A DNA stretch of 64,000 bases, taken from contig CP181291.1 of the NCBI GenBank assembly GCA_052279835.1, forward strand, positions 2,080,001 to 2,144,000, given 5' to 3'. Positions 20,364 to 31,268 of this stretch are shown piece by piece (position 1 is the stretch's first letter; each line of letters begins with the position of its first letter). This DNA is from Microcoleus sp. (lineage in GTDB: Bacteria; Cyanobacteriota; Cyanobacteriia; Cyanobacteriales; Microcoleaceae). A model generated the notes under the pieces. It did not search any database, was not told the origin of the DNA, and saw nothing but the letters and a program-made list of their open reading frames with translations. The position numbers and the translations under genes were made by a program.

Positions 20364-22049
20364 TTATAACTGCTTGGGAATCGCCACCAAAGTTATAGAA
20401 TTAGCTGGGTAAGTTGCCCCAAACCCCGCAGCGCTGACCCCCAAATCGCCCTGACGCACAATCGCCCCCAAATTCGCCTTGCTGTAAGTATAAACTTGAG
20501 CCTTACCCCCTGGCTTAAACCCTTTCAAACTCAAATTGCTAGTTATATTATTCTGAGTTTTATTAATAATTACCATGGTTAAAACACCGTCACGACTACG
20601 ATGAGCACCATAGATTGATAAAATTCCTGGATCGGTGCTACGCGAGCGCACCCAAGTATCACCATAGTTACCACCTTTCCCATCATAATTCATGTACATT
20701 CGGAAAGCATAAGCCCCCGGTTCCGATGACTTAGGAGGTCCCCATAGCGTAGCTAAATCCACTTGTTCCCGCCCAAAAATGCCCAGGAGATCTGCCTGGG
20801 TCAAAGCCCCATTCATCGAATCTAAAGCGCCCCAATTGTATTCAGTAATTGCCAGTTTTGTACCAGGATAATCTTCCTTAATCCACTGTTTAAACCTGGG
20901 AAGAAGGGTGAGGGGAGGATTGTATTTTCCAATCCAACTTTCATCAGTATAAGTTGCATCCCATAGAGAACGAGTCGATCGCAGCCGCAGCGCTTGGGTT
21001 TTGGCATCACCGGCGGGACAAAGGGCTATACAGGTATTGTCCGCCGAAGGATAATAGTGTTCATCAAAATAATCGAGAATCCGCACACCTTTGTTTTTTT
21101 CGTAAGCGCGCATTTGTTGCAAATACCACCGCGCAAACCAGACACCACCGTGTTTTTGACGATCGCCCTCAACACCAGAATCCACATAGACAGGCCAGCC
21201 AAAATCCGACGGCCCCAGTACCTTAGCGCTAGGATCTGTGGCTTTTACCATGGAAGCATATTGATAAGTGCGATCGCGCAATTCATCATAACTCGTCGGT
21301 TCTGGATGAACATCCCGGTGAGTATTTCCCCAGCCACTTGGTTCGTTGTCCATTTGGTAAATTTGGACACCACCCTTAGCCGCAGTACCGTGGGTTTTAA
21401 CTAAGTGTTGAACCCACCGCTTTTGAAAATTTGGGTCGCTAACAATACTGACATCCAGCCGATTATTATTAGTAATTACAGTACCATCGGGACGCTTTCC
21501 ATTGCCGCATTTATCACCTTCTGGAAAAATGTAAGGATTAGTTTTTTCTTGGGGTCCATATTTCGATACTCTAAAACCACAGTTCCAAGTGCTAAACTTA
21601 TTGACATAGCCAATCATCGGAATAGTAACAATACTTTTACTACCATTGGTGCGGTTAGTTTTGATAATTTTATCTAGAGAATCGCCGGGAATAGGATTTT
21701 TATTATCCCCACCACCCACGAAAAAAAAGTCATCACCACTGTTGGAGGAATCGACTAGCCAATTGTAGCGACTGGTGTGATTTGCGCCCCAGCGTTCCAC
21801 TGGAATTCGCAATTCTTGTGCTAAGGTGCGATCTATGGCATAATCGTTCATACCATAGATGTCGGGACTGATCGAATGGCGATCGGCTGTAACATCTACA
21901 GATAAGGTGAGATTGGTTGTTTGGGCGATGCCATTTTTGATATAGACTGTGGTTACGGCAATTGCGAAAGCGGCGATTAAACCCAATAAAAATAGGACAA
22001 GCCAACGAGGTTTATTTTCGGGAGACTGCAATAAAAATCGTGGATTCAT
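20364..22049 (-). CDS. glycoside hydrolase family 44 (endoglucanase-like), exported
   Basis: ISPDIYGMN, RWGANHTSRYNW, MDNEP, KLAITEYNWG; N-terminal hydrophobic segment. Confidence 0.85.
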   Translation of the reverse strand: MNPRFLLQSPENKPRWLVLFLLGLIAAFAIAVTTVYIKNGIAQTTNLTLSVDVTADRHSISPDIYGMNDYAIDRTLAQELRIPVERWGANHTSRYNWLVDSSNSGDDFFFVGGGDNKNPIPGDSLDKIIKTNRTNGSKSIVTIPMIGYVNKFSTWNCGFRVSKYGPQEKTNPYIFPEGDKCGNGKRPDGTVITNNNRLDVSIVSDPNFQKRWVQHLVKTHGTAAKGGVQIYQMDNEPSGWGNTHRDVHPEPTSYDELRDRTYQYASMVKATDPSAKVLGPSDFGWPVYVDSGVEGDRQKHGGVWFARWYLQQMRAYEKNKGVRILDYFDEHYYPSADNTCIALCPAGDAKTQALRLRSTRSLWDATYTDESWIGKYNPPLTLLPRFKQWIKEDYPGTKLAITEYNWGALDSMNGALTQADLLGIFGREQVDLATLWGPPKSSEPGAYAFRMYMNYDGKGGNYGDTWVRSRSTDPGILSIYGAHRSRDGVLTMVIINKTQNNITSNLSLKGFKPGGKAQVYTYSKANLGAIVRQGDLGVSAAGFGATYPANSITLVAIPKQL

Positions 22050-22214
22050 TAATTTATCATATAGTGTTTAGCATAACCAGACTCTTTAAATCCTACCACA
22101 TTCGGATGCTTCAAACATTTAGTATTATCAACCTCCCGCAAAAACCAATTCACAGCCCGCTGATTCGCCGCCACCTTGTTATATAAGATTTTATTGTTGG
22201 TTGCTGGTATTTTA

Positions 22215-22550
22215 ACCCCCCCAGCCCCCCCCTTGGTAAGGGGGGAGCAAGAGTTGTTTGAGTTTTATTGTTGGTTGCTTAGTCTTTGTTGTTGATTCAA
22301 AAACCCGGTTTGTTTCTTGAGGCTTTGGGTGAGGTTCAGAAACCGGGTTTTTTCCGAGATTTACGGTTGTAGTTAGGTATTGTCGCAAAAACCCGGTTTC
22401 TTGAGGCCTTTGGATGAGGTGGATTTTAGCATCTATCAAACCCGAATATCCCCCCTAACCAAGAGGGCGGGTACTCTTGGCACGGCCCCTATAAGGGGGG
22501 ACTGGAAGCGTTCTTAAAGTCCCCCTTCCCCCATCCCCCTTGGGGGGGCT
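22215..22550. repeat. Cluster of REP/MITE-like repeats
   Basis: CCCCCCAGCCCCCCCTTGGTAAGGGGGG; AGAAACCGGGTTTTT...AAAAACCCGGTTTCT; GAGGGCGGGTACTCTTGGCACGGCCCCTA. Confidence 0.75.
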
Positions 22551-22588
22551 AGAGTTGGAGTAAAACGAGATTTACATGGATTACAATC

Positions 22589-25500
22589 CTAATTGTAAGC
22601 TTCCATTGGCAAACAAGAACAGACAAAATTGCGATCGCCAAACGCATTATCTATCCTACCCACCGCAGGCCAAAACTTATGTTCGCGAGTCCAAGGTGTC
22701 GGATAAGCCGCTTGGGCGCGAGTATAAGGACGATTCCACTCATCAACCATCAGAGATTCTGCGGTATGCGGCGCATTTTTCAACACATTATTTTGCGCAT
22801 CAACATTCCCATTTTCAATCTCCGCAATTTCCCCACGAATCGCAATCATCGCATCGCAAAAACGGTCTAATTCCTGCTTAGATTCACTTTCCGTCGGTTC
22901 CACCATCACCGTACCGGCAACGGGCCAAGAAACCGTCGGCGCGTGATAGCCGTAATCCATCAACCGTTTGGCAATATCTTCCACTTCAATAGCCGCCGTT
23001 TTTTTGAGAGTTCGCAAATCCAAAATACACTCATGGGCGACTAAACCAGCTTTCCCTTTATACAAAACTGGATAATAATATTCTAACCGTTTTGCCATGT
23101 AATTTGCATTCAGAATTGCAACTTTTGTCGCCTCAGTTAAACCAACTCCTCCCATCATCCGAATATACATCCAAGAAATAGTCAAAATGCTCGCACTTCC
23201 CCAAGGCGCAGCCGAAACAGCACCAACTGATTCTATCTTGCTCCCCCCGGATTGTAGGGGCGGTGCCCCCGTGCCCGCCCTCTTTTGGGGGGGGTAAGCT
23301 CTTAATTCTGTATCAGTAGAAGGCAAAAATTCTACTAAATGAGACATCACACCGATCGGACCCATTCCTGGGCCACCACCACCGTGAGGAATGCAGAAAG
23401 TTTTGTGCAAATTCAAGTGACAAACATCAGCACCAAAATCACCAGGACGACACAAACCAACTTGAGCATTCATATTTGCGCCGTCCATATACACTTGTCC
23501 GCCAGCTTGATGGACAATCTCGCAAATCTCTTTAATCTCTTCTTCAAAAACACCGTGAGTCGATGGATACGTCACCATCAAAGCCGCCAGTTCATTTTTG
23601 TGCTTCTGGGCTTTGGTCTGCAAATCAGAAACATCAATATTTCCCTGAGAGTCGCAATTAACCGCCACTACTTTCATCCCCGCCATCACCGCGCTAGCCG
23701 GATTTGTGCCGTGGGCTGACTGGGGAATTAAACAAATATTGCGGTGAGATTCGCCGCGATGTTCGTGGTATTGACGAATTACTAATAAACCCGCATATTC
23801 GCCTTGGGAACCAGCGTTTGGTTGCAAAGAAATTCCGGCAAAACCGGTGATTTCTGCCAGCCACTGTTCGAGTTGCACGAACATCATTTGATAGCCGCGA
23901 GTTTGATGGCTTGGTGCGAAGGGATGAATTTTGCTAAATTCCGGCCAACTCACCGGCAGCATTTCGGCTGTGGCATTCAATTTCATCGTACAGGAACCCA
24001 AGGGAATCATCGAGGTATTCAACGATAAATCCTTGGCTTCCAATCGGTGCATATAGCGCAAAAGTTCGGTTTCCGAGTGGTAGGTGTTAAAAACAGGATG
24101 GGTGAGATAGCTGCTGGTGCGATCGCAAAAAGCAGGTAACATTAAAGATGAAGTAACAGCATCTCCATCTAGGGAAATTTTCAGCACATCCTCAGCGTCA
24201 GCCCCCATACCATCCGAATCCTGGGCAAAAATTGTCCACAATTCTTGGACATCGGCCGCCGTCACAGTTTCATCCAGACTAATTCCCACTGTCTTTTCAT
24301 CAAACACCCGGAGATTTATCTGGTGATTTTCCGCCGCCTTTAAAAGTTCAGCAAGTGGCTTATCTCCCAACTCGACGCGGAGAGTATCAAAGAAAGGTGC
24401 AGCACCAATTTTGTATCCCAAGCCTTCCAAACCGGCAGCTAAAATAACAGTTAAACTGCGTACTTGTTCCGCAATTTGTTTGAGTCCCTGGGGCCCGTGA
24501 TAAACAGCATACATACCCGCCATCACTGCTAGCAAAACTTGAGCTGTACAAATATTGCTAGTTGCTTTTTCGCGGCGGATGTGCTGTTCGCGAGTTTGCA
24601 ATGCCAAACGTAAAGCAGATTTGCCGTTAGCATCTTTGGACACACCAACAATTCGCCCTGGAACTTGGCGTTTAAACTCTTCTCGCGTGGCGAAATAGGC
24701 TGCGTGAGGCCCTCCGAATCCTAGGGGGACTCCGAAGCGCTGAGTGCTTCCTACGGCTATGTCAGCGCCGAATTCGCCTGGGGGTGTAAGTACGCAAAGG
24801 CTCAAAATGTCGGCGGCAACTGTGACTAAGGCACCGACGGCGTGGGCTGATGCGATAAAATCTGTGTAGTCGTAAATTGCGCCGTCTGTTGCAGGGTATT
24901 GTAGCAGGGCACCGAAGATTGTACGATCGCACTTAAAGTCTCGATGGTCGCCCACAATCACATCAATTCCCAGTGGCTTAGCGCGAGTTTGCACAACTTC
25001 AATGGTTTGAGGATGACAATCTTGGGAAACAAAAAACACTTTTCCCTTATTCTGGGAGACGCCATAACTCACCGCCATCGCTTCCGCCGCCGCCGTTCCT
25101 TCATCCAGCAAAGAAGCGTTGGCAATTTCCAAACCTGTGAGGTCAATTATCATCGTTTGGAAGTTCAGCAAAGCTTCTAATCGCCCTTGGGCAATTTCAG
25201 CTTGATAGGGAGTGTAAGCTGTATACCAGCCAGGATTTTCTAGGATATTGCGCCCAATTACCGGAGGTGTGATGCAGTCGTGATATCCAGTGCCGATGTA
25301 CGATCGAAATACCTGATTTTTTGCCGCAATTTCTTTCAATTCTGCCAATGCAGCATACTCGCTTTTGGCAGCAAGTAATTCCAGGGGTTGCTGAATGCGA
25401 ATCGCCGCCGGAATTGTCTTGTCAATCAAATCATCGAGGCTATCGATGCCCAAAACATCGAGCATTTCCTGGATTTCCCTTGGTGTCGGGCCAATGTGCC

Positions 25501-25645
25501 TGCACGCAAAACCATCGATGGGAGTGAGCTTTTGCTGCTGATTCGACTCAATTTGAGAACTGTAGAGTACCAAGGCGGATTCTCCTGAATAGACTTTTGC
25601 TTCTTTGTTTGTAACATTTTGCAAAGGAAGAAGGAAGTTCGGCAA
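22589..25645 (-). CDS. gcvP: glycine dehydrogenase (P protein); start codon uncertain
   Basis: [40 protein letters not shown]. Confidence 0.97.
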   Translation of the reverse strand: MPNFLLPLQNVTNKEAKVYSGESALVLYSSQIESNQQQKLTPIDGFACRHIGPTPREIQEMLDVLGIDSLDDLIDKTIPAAIRIQQPLELLAAKSEYAALAELKEIAAKNQVFRSYIGTGYHDCITPPVIGRNILENPGWYTAYTPYQAEIAQGRLEALLNFQTMIIDLTGLEIANASLLDEGTAAAEAMAVSYGVSQNKGKVFFVSQDCHPQTIEVVQTRAKPLGIDVIVGDHRDFKCDRTIFGALLQYPATDGAIYDYTDFIASAHAVGALVTVAADILSLCVLTPPGEFGADIAVGSTQRFGVPLGFGGPHAAYFATREEFKRQVPGRIVGVSKDANGKSALRLALQTREQHIRREKATSNICTAQVLLAVMAGMYAVYHGPQGLKQIAEQVRSLTVILAAGLEGLGYKIGAAPFFDTLRVELGDKPLAELLKAAENHQINLRVFDEKTVGISLDETVTAADVQELWTIFAQDSDGMGADAEDVLKISLDGDAVTSSLMLPAFCDRTSSYLTHPVFNTYHSETELLRYMHRLEAKDLSLNTSMIPLGSCTMKLNATAEMLPVSWPEFSKIHPFAPSHQTRGYQMMFVQLEQWLAEITGFAGISLQPNAGSQGEYAGLLVIRQYHEHRGESHRNICLIPQSAHGTNPASAVMAGMKVVAVNCDSQGNIDVSDLQTKAQKHKNELAALMVTYPSTHGVFEEEIKEICEIVHQAGGQVYMDGANMNAQVGLCRPGDFGADVCHLNLHKTFCIPHGGGGPGMGPIGVMSHLVEFLPSTDTELRAYPPQKRAGTGAPPLQSGGSKIESVGAVSAAPWGSASILTISWMYIRMMGGVGLTEATKVAILNANYMAKRLEYYYPVLYKGKAGLVAHECILDLRTLKKTAAIEVEDIAKRLMDYGYHAPTVSWPVAGTVMVEPTESESKQELDRFCDAMIAIRGEIAEIENGNVDAQNNVLKNAPHTAESLMVDEWNRPYTRAQAAYPTPWTREHKFWPAVGRIDNAFGDRNFVCSCLPMEAYN

Positions 25646-25714
25646 CAGATTTTGTAATGGATTTAACGGATAGGAGGAAGTTCGGCTACGGATTTTGTAA
25701 CGGATTTAACGGAT
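25632..25714. repeat. Tandem ~43-bp duplication
   Basis: AGGAAGTTCGGCAACAGATTTTGTAATGGATTTAACGGAT repeated with 3 mismatches. Confidence 0.8.
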
Positions 25715-25890
25715 GTAGATCAAATCCTCTCTTCATCGGAATTATTCATCTCTCTCTGAATCTCCCTCTGCGTTTCTCTGCGTTCTCTGCGGTTAAATCA
25801 TTCCGATGCAACCGGAATTGATATAACTGACAGAAGGAAAAGGGGAAAGGGGAGAGATGGCTACGAATGCCCAATGCTTTAGGCCCCATA

Positions 25891-25945
25891 CCCTATTTCC
25901 TATTTCCTATTCCCTATTCCCTATTCCCTATTTCCTATTCCCTAC
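25891..25945. repeat. Heptamer tandem repeat (CCCTATT)n
   Basis: Directly visible. Confidence 0.85.
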
Positions 25946-26331
25946 TCCCCTTCCACCATTTTGCGATACTCCTCGACTGACAAAGCCTCATTCGCTTCGC
26001 TGGAATCTGCCACGCGCACTTTCAACAGCCAGCCAGCGCCATAGGCATCTTCCGCTAAATTCTCAGGAGATTCTACAATGGCATCATTGCGTTCGATGAC
26101 AGTTCCCGTAACGGGTGCTTTCAAGTCTTCAACAGCTTTCACTGACTCGACTGTACCGAAAGCTTCGCCTTTTTCCAGGGTTGCGCCTACTTCTGGTAAT
26201 TCCAGAAATACGATATCACCTAGTTGATCCACGGCAAAGGCGCTGATACCGATAGTGGCTATTTCGCCTTCGAGTCGGATGTATTCGTGGGTGTCTAGGT
26301 ATTTCAAGTCATCGGGGTATTCTAGTGCCAT
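25942..26331 (-). CDS. gcvH: glycine cleavage system H protein
   Basis: [18 protein letters not shown] lipoyl-lysine motif. Confidence 0.97.
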   Translation of the reverse strand: MALEYPDDLKYLDTHEYIRLEGEIATIGISAFAVDQLGDIVFLELPEVGATLEKGEAFGTVESVKAVEDLKAPVTGTVIERNDAIVESPENLAEDAYGAGWLLKVRVADSSEANEALSVEEYRKMVEGE

Positions 26332-26388
26332 GTCTTTTCTCGCAATAAATAAACTATCAACTAAATCTTATTAAACTATGGTCATTTA

Positions 26389-27237
26389 GTGATGGCAAAC
26401 AAGAATAGGAAAAACATTAAACGCTTGCTTTTAGGAGAATTTTCTTGGAAACGACTGATGCGCTCTATTATTTTTATTTACGCATTTCTGTGTTTTTATG
26501 CTTTCTTTTTTTCAGAAAGGCTAATTTTTCAACCTCCCTCATCTAGCCAGAATGATCGCAGGGAAGTTATCAAAATTAACTCAGCTAATGGCTTGAAAAT
26601 TTCTGCCGTTCATTTTCCTAACCCGCAAGCTAAATATACCATACTTTACAGTCACGGGAATGCAGAAGATTTGGACGGGATTTTGTGGGTACTCAGAGAG
26701 ATTCGTGAGAGCGGCTTTGCTGTGTTTGCCTATGATTATCAAGGTTACGGTACCAGTCAGGGAAAGCCTTCGGAGTATAATACTTATCGTGATATTGAGG
26801 CTGCTTACAATTATTTAACCCTACAGTTGGGAGTACCTGCAAAGCAAATTATTGTTTACGGGCGTTCTGTGGGTGGTGGGCCGGCAATTGATTTGGCTTC
26901 GCGGCAAACAGTCGGTGGTTTGGTGGTTGAAAGTTCGTTTGTTTCGGCTTTTCGGGTGTTGACGCGGATTCCGATTTTACCCTTTGATAAGTTTGTGAAT
27001 ATTGATAAGATTGGCAAAGTGCGATCGCCTGTTTTGGTGATTCACGGTAAGGCTGATGAGGTGGTTCGTTTTTGGCATGGAGAGCAGTTATTTGGGGCCT
27101 CCAACGAGCCGAAACTGAATTTTTGGGTCGAGGGGGCCGGTCACAATGATTTGATGGATGTTGCGGGCGATCGCTATGCTGAAACTTTGCAAAAATTTGC
27201 TAAGCTAGTCGATGAATCTTCTCTACCAAAGTTATGA
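26389..27237 (+). CDS. alpha/beta hydrolase (ABHD17-like)
   Basis: YSHGNAEDL, YGRSVGGG, IHGKADEVV, GAGHND. Confidence 0.9.
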   Translation: MMANKNRKNIKRLLLGEFSWKRLMRSIIFIYAFLCFYAFFFSERLIFQPPSSSQNDRREVIKINSANGLKISAVHFPNPQAKYTILYSHGNAEDLDGILWVLREIRESGFAVFAYDYQGYGTSQGKPSEYNTYRDIEAAYNYLTLQLGVPAKQIIVYGRSVGGGPAIDLASRQTVGGLVVESSFVSAFRVLTRIPILPFDKFVNIDKIGKVRSPVLVIHGKADEVVRFWHGEQLFGASNEPKLNFWVEGAGHNDLMDVAGDRYAETLQKFAKLVDESSLPKL

Positions 27238-27333
27238 GCAACGGGATCGCGTGCCCGTTCCCCAAGAAGAAATACATTTTATGGTGGGGTGGGCACGCGA
27301 TCCCGCCCCTGAATTAATCCTAACTTACTTAAG

Positions 27334-28527
27334 TTAACTCGGTCGGTTTGGCGATCGATAAAATGGTTTTTTCACTACCCTAGCTGGATAATTTTTGCCG
27401 CGAATTTCCACTTCTAGTTCCTGACCAATTTTAGCTAGTTTTGTGGGAACATAGGCAAGGGCGATCGGTTTATTCAAAGTCGGTGACAAGGTACCGCTAG
27501 TAACTTCTCCTACTTTTTCACTTTCAAAGATTACCGGATAACCGTGACGCGCAATGTGCTTCCCAGCCATTTCTAGTCCTACTAACCGCTTGGAAACTCC
27601 ACTCGCTTTCTGCTGTTCCAAAACCTCGCGGCCAATAAAATAGCCTTTGGTATCGAGGTGAACAACCCAACCTAATCCAGCTTCTAAAGGTGTCGTATTA
27701 TAGTCGATATCTTGACCGTACAATGCCATTGCTGCTTCTAAACGCAAGGTGTCTCTCGCACCCAAACCGCAGGGTACAACCCCGGCAGTTAATAATTGTT
27801 GCCACAGTTCTTTTCCTACTGCTGCATCGACCATAATCTCAAACCCATCTTCACCTGTATAGCCAGTCCTAGCGATAAAACTTGGCTGTCCCAACAGGTT
27901 TGTTTCTAAGTGACCGAAGGCTTTAATTGGCGTGAGGTCGTCGGTAACTAAGGGCTGGAGGTAAGTGACAGCTTCCGGCCCTTGAATTGCGATTAAAACT
28001 TTGTCTGGTGAAATGTCTGTAAAACTGACACCGCTTAATTCTAAGTGGGCTGCTATCCAAGCTTTGTCTCGGATGCGAGTGGCGGCGTTGACAATGATGA
28101 CAGCCCGTTCTTCGCTAGTGGTGGCATCGGGTTCTTGGCAGTAGAAAATGATGTCATCTAAGATGCAGCCTTGGGCATTTAACAATACTGTATATTGAGC
28201 TTGACCTGGTTGCAATCGACTTAAGTCTGAGGGCACTAAGGGTTGAAATTTAGCCCTTAATTGTTTCCCTCTCAAACCAAATTTTCCCATGTGGGAAATG
28301 TCGAACATTCCTACTTGCGATCGCACAGTTTGATGTTCGCTGCTCAGACCGCTGTACTGCACCGCCATCTCCCACCCGGAAAAGGGGACCATCCGAGCTT
28401 TGAGTTCTAATGATAGGTCGTACAGAGGTGTGCGGGCAAGTGGGCTCGGATTCTCTGGATTGTTGGATTCAGTTGACTTGGCCACAGGTAGCGCTTTGGT
28501 TGCGGTAGAGTATTTTGATTTTACCAA
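27334..28527 (-). CDS. gcvT: glycine cleavage system aminomethyltransferase T
   Basis: [38 protein letters not shown]. Confidence 0.97.
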   Translation of the reverse strand: MVKSKYSTATKALPVAKSTESNNPENPSPLARTPLYDLSLELKARMVPFSGWEMAVQYSGLSSEHQTVRSQVGMFDISHMGKFGLRGKQLRAKFQPLVPSDLSRLQPGQAQYTVLLNAQGCILDDIIFYCQEPDATTSEERAVIIVNAATRIRDKAWIAAHLELSGVSFTDISPDKVLIAIQGPEAVTYLQPLVTDDLTPIKAFGHLETNLLGQPSFIARTGYTGEDGFEIMVDAAVGKELWQQLLTAGVVPCGLGARDTLRLEAAMALYGQDIDYNTTPLEAGLGWVVHLDTKGYFIGREVLEQQKASGVSKRLVGLEMAGKHIARHGYPVIFESEKVGEVTSGTLSPTLNKPIALAYVPTKLAKIGQELEVEIRGKNYPARVVKKPFYRSPNRPS

Positions 28528-28949
28528 ACATGGAGTTGGTATTTCTGGGCGATCGACTGGAGGATAATTCAGTGATGTTGCTTGAGGATGGGTAGAATGT
28601 CGGTTTTAGGTTGCTAATAGTTGATTTCCCATTCTGCACCCCTCCCCCAAACCTCAAATTTACCCAAGAGCAAAAGATGGCAATTACCGATCTCTTCAAG
28701 GAAGGCAACAAGCCCAACATCGTTATCATCACCCGATCGTATTCGCGATCGAAATGTACCAGCTCCAGAAACTGAGACTGTCTTATTTGTGGACTGGTTT
28801 CTGTAAATGGCATCAAGCTTCAAATTTGGGCAACTTGGCTGTTTTATGCGGTGCTGCTTGATGTGGCTGATGCCGTTGCTGACGAATTGTCACTTTGTAC
28901 TGAGCAGATTTCTTGAGAAATGCTGTTTCTAGGAACCAGTTAACAAATA

Positions 28950-30308
28950 TCAACGCAAATTATCCGGTACTTTCGCCGAGGGTAGATCTAAGTAATTGTA
29001 AACAATGCGCGAAATTCGCCGCACAAAATCTCTCACAATCGGGTCATTATAAGGACGTTTGACAAAAATTGCCGCCAAATAACGCTTCCCATTTGGCATA
29101 TCAATAATTCCAGCATCGCCAACTACAAAGCCAATATCTCCCGTTTTATCGGCAATTACTGCTCCCGCCCCTAAACCGGAAGGAAGCAGGGTTCTAGTTG
29201 TTGTATGTCGCAATAATTCTAAAGCCTGTTCTCGGCTAGATTCCGAAACTAATTTATCGCGAGATAGCATCGATAGCAGCTTCACCATATCTACAGAACT
29301 GGTTGTATTTGTTCCTTGAAAATCTCCCAACCAATTGCGAATTCTTGTATCAGTTAATCCCCAACTGCGAAAACGTTCGTTGAGCTTCGCAATTCCCCCC
29401 AAACGTTCAATAATCATGTTGGTGGCTGTATTGTCGCTGATGGTAATCATTTTATCTATGGTTTCTCTGATGCTAAACCGAGTGCCATCTGGTTCATCTT
29501 GCATAGTTCCAGAGCCGCTGGCCACTAAGTCGGATTTCATAACTAATGTTTCATTCAAGCTAACTTTGCCAGCGTCTACATCTTGATAAAAGGCAATCAG
29601 GATTGGTAATTTGATGGTACTGGCGGCGGGAAATACCCGATCGCCCTTGATATCCAAATAGTTGCCTGTATCTAAATCCAGAAAAAACATTCCCGCACTC
29701 AGGGATTTATACTGTTCGATCGCCTTTTCAACTTCTGGCTTAATCGCTGTCATTTCCGAACCGATTTGCATCCCCAAATCCCCGGAATAATTTCTAGGAT
29801 TCGTCGCTTTCAGATTCGGTAAAATTTGAGGATCTTTTTGTTCAAACTTAGTAATATCTTCTGATTGAAAAGACTCATTCCCTGCTAACAGCTCTGGATT
29901 TGGCAACTGAAATGACCACCTATTTGCCGATTCTTTGATAATTCGTACTTGTTGCGGGTCTAACTTATAACCAGGATTTAATTGAATCACTAATCGGGTG
30001 GTTTCTGGGTCAAATTGCCCGAGTCTTATTTCTTTAATAGCTGAATTATAGCTTTGAGGAGTTTCGGGATATTCGAGGACAATTCCGGGCAGATCGATTA
30101 CTAAACGGGTGGGATTAGGAATTAATTTAACTGAGGGCTGAACGCTGGTATCTGTGGTTACATTGAGTTGATTTTGATTCGCATCAAAGTGCCATGATGT
30201 CAAGGTATCCGCTTTGGCTGGGAGGGCGATCGCCCAAGCACTAATTAACGTAGCCAACAGCCATTGTAGTTTTAAAGTCATGGGTGGAGAGAAAGAGGGA
30301 ATTGGCAT
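28950..30308 (-). CDS. AMIN domain + class A beta-lactamase-like serine hydrolase
   Basis: PTRLVIDLPG; SxxK (ASTIK), SDN and KTG motifs. Confidence 0.88.
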   Translation of the reverse strand: MPIPSFSPPMTLKLQWLLATLISAWAIALPAKADTLTSWHFDANQNQLNVTTDTSVQPSVKLIPNPTRLVIDLPGIVLEYPETPQSYNSAIKEIRLGQFDPETTRLVIQLNPGYKLDPQQVRIIKESANRWSFQLPNPELLAGNESFQSEDITKFEQKDPQILPNLKATNPRNYSGDLGMQIGSEMTAIKPEVEKAIEQYKSLSAGMFFLDLDTGNYLDIKGDRVFPAASTIKLPILIAFYQDVDAGKVSLNETLVMKSDLVASGSGTMQDEPDGTRFSIRETIDKMITISDNTATNMIIERLGGIAKLNERFRSWGLTDTRIRNWLGDFQGTNTTSSVDMVKLLSMLSRDKLVSESSREQALELLRHTTTRTLLPSGLGAGAVIADKTGDIGFVVGDAGIIDMPNGKRYLAAIFVKRPYNDPIVRDFVRRISRIVYNYLDLPSAKVPDNLR

Positions 30309-30445
30309 CCACTCGAAAGCGATGGGAACAGTGTTCTGAACCGCTGTCGTGGCGAGTCGTATGATATCATACAGTCAACTCTTGCCCTCTGCCGTATATT
30401 TTATTATTTTATTTTAGAATAATCAGTGGACTCAGTTGAGATAAT

Positions 30446-30793
30446 CTAGATAAACTCAAGTTGGGCGATCGCCTGATTTCTCGCATTCTCTATGGCATCA
30501 ATCATCGCTTTCACAAATACTTTTCCTTGAGCTACAAATCGTCGCTCGCTCAAATGGTCATAAGCTTGCCAATCTCCGCTAACTTCCGCATCTTGCCACA
30601 AAAACCAGTCGCGGTAAATTTCACCGCTATCAATATCATCGCACAGAGCTAGCCAATCATCTCCAGTCAGAACATTGGCATCTAATGCTACCAATTCTAG
30701 CCAAGCTAGTGCTGTGCAAGCATGGATCGCCTCAGCATCAACTAAGTCACATTTTGTAGTTGTAGGTAGCGGAAATTCAAGGGTAGACTTCAT
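30446..30793 (-). CDS. hypothetical acidic protein
   Basis: 115-aa ATG-started ORF directly downstream of the small ORF at 30825-30995; no family recognised. Confidence 0.6.
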   Translation of the reverse strand: MKSTLEFPLPTTTKCDLVDAEAIHACTALAWLELVALDANVLTGDDWLALCDDIDSGEIYRDWFLWQDAEVSGDWQAYDHLSERRFVAQGKVFVKAMIDAIENARNQAIAQLEFI

Positions 30794-30824
30794 GATTTAT
30801 ACCTAATTTAATCCATGAATGTTA

Positions 30825-30995
30825 CTATTTATTAAACGGACTAAATGCCACGGGAAAAGTTTCCCTCTGATGAATCTCTGAGCGATCAAGCTTGGCAGCG
30901 GCTGATGCTTCAGTTAAGTTGTTCAGGGTGTTAATGGTGAATATGGCTGTGGTTGCTAAAGCTGCCATTGCCAGTCTGTGTAAAACATTGTTCAT
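30825..30995 (-). CDS. 56-aa putative secreted peptide (not in ORF track)
   Basis: MNNVLHRLAMAALATTAIFTINTLNNLTEASAAAKLDRSEIHQRETFPVAFSPFNK*; AGGGG Shine-Dalgarno-like sequence about 7 nt upstream; signal-peptide-like N-terminus. Confidence 0.55.
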   Translation of the reverse strand: MNNVLHRLAMAALATTAIFTINTLNNLTEASAAAKLDRSEIHQRETFPVAFSPFNK

Positions 30996-31268
30996 TTTCG
31001 TGCCCCTTTTTGCTTGATGTATGTACTATAAAAAGTTAATCAATTAGGCACGGGGGAGATTGGGGAGTTAAGCATTTTTTTAGGTTAAAATATGTTTAAA
31101 TTTTGAAGTGGTTGACCGGATAGGGTTTGAGGGTGCGATCGCTAATAAAATTTGAATAATTAAAATTAAGTGAGTTGAAGGTGGCGGACTATCTTCCTTA
31201 AAATCCCTTAAAATAGGTAGTTGATAGGTTAAACTTCCTAGATTCCTTCTCCTTTAAGTGCAAGCGAA

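Noticed and set aside
25632..25714. Possible mini-CRISPR
   Set aside because: Only two near-adjacent copies with no unique spacer and no cas genes.
28528..28949. Glycine riboswitch or real CDS (28469-28816 etc.) upstream of gcvT
   Set aside because: No GGAGA...CCGAAG...CTCTCAGG aptamer motifs on the minus strand; the ORFs resemble nothing I recognise.
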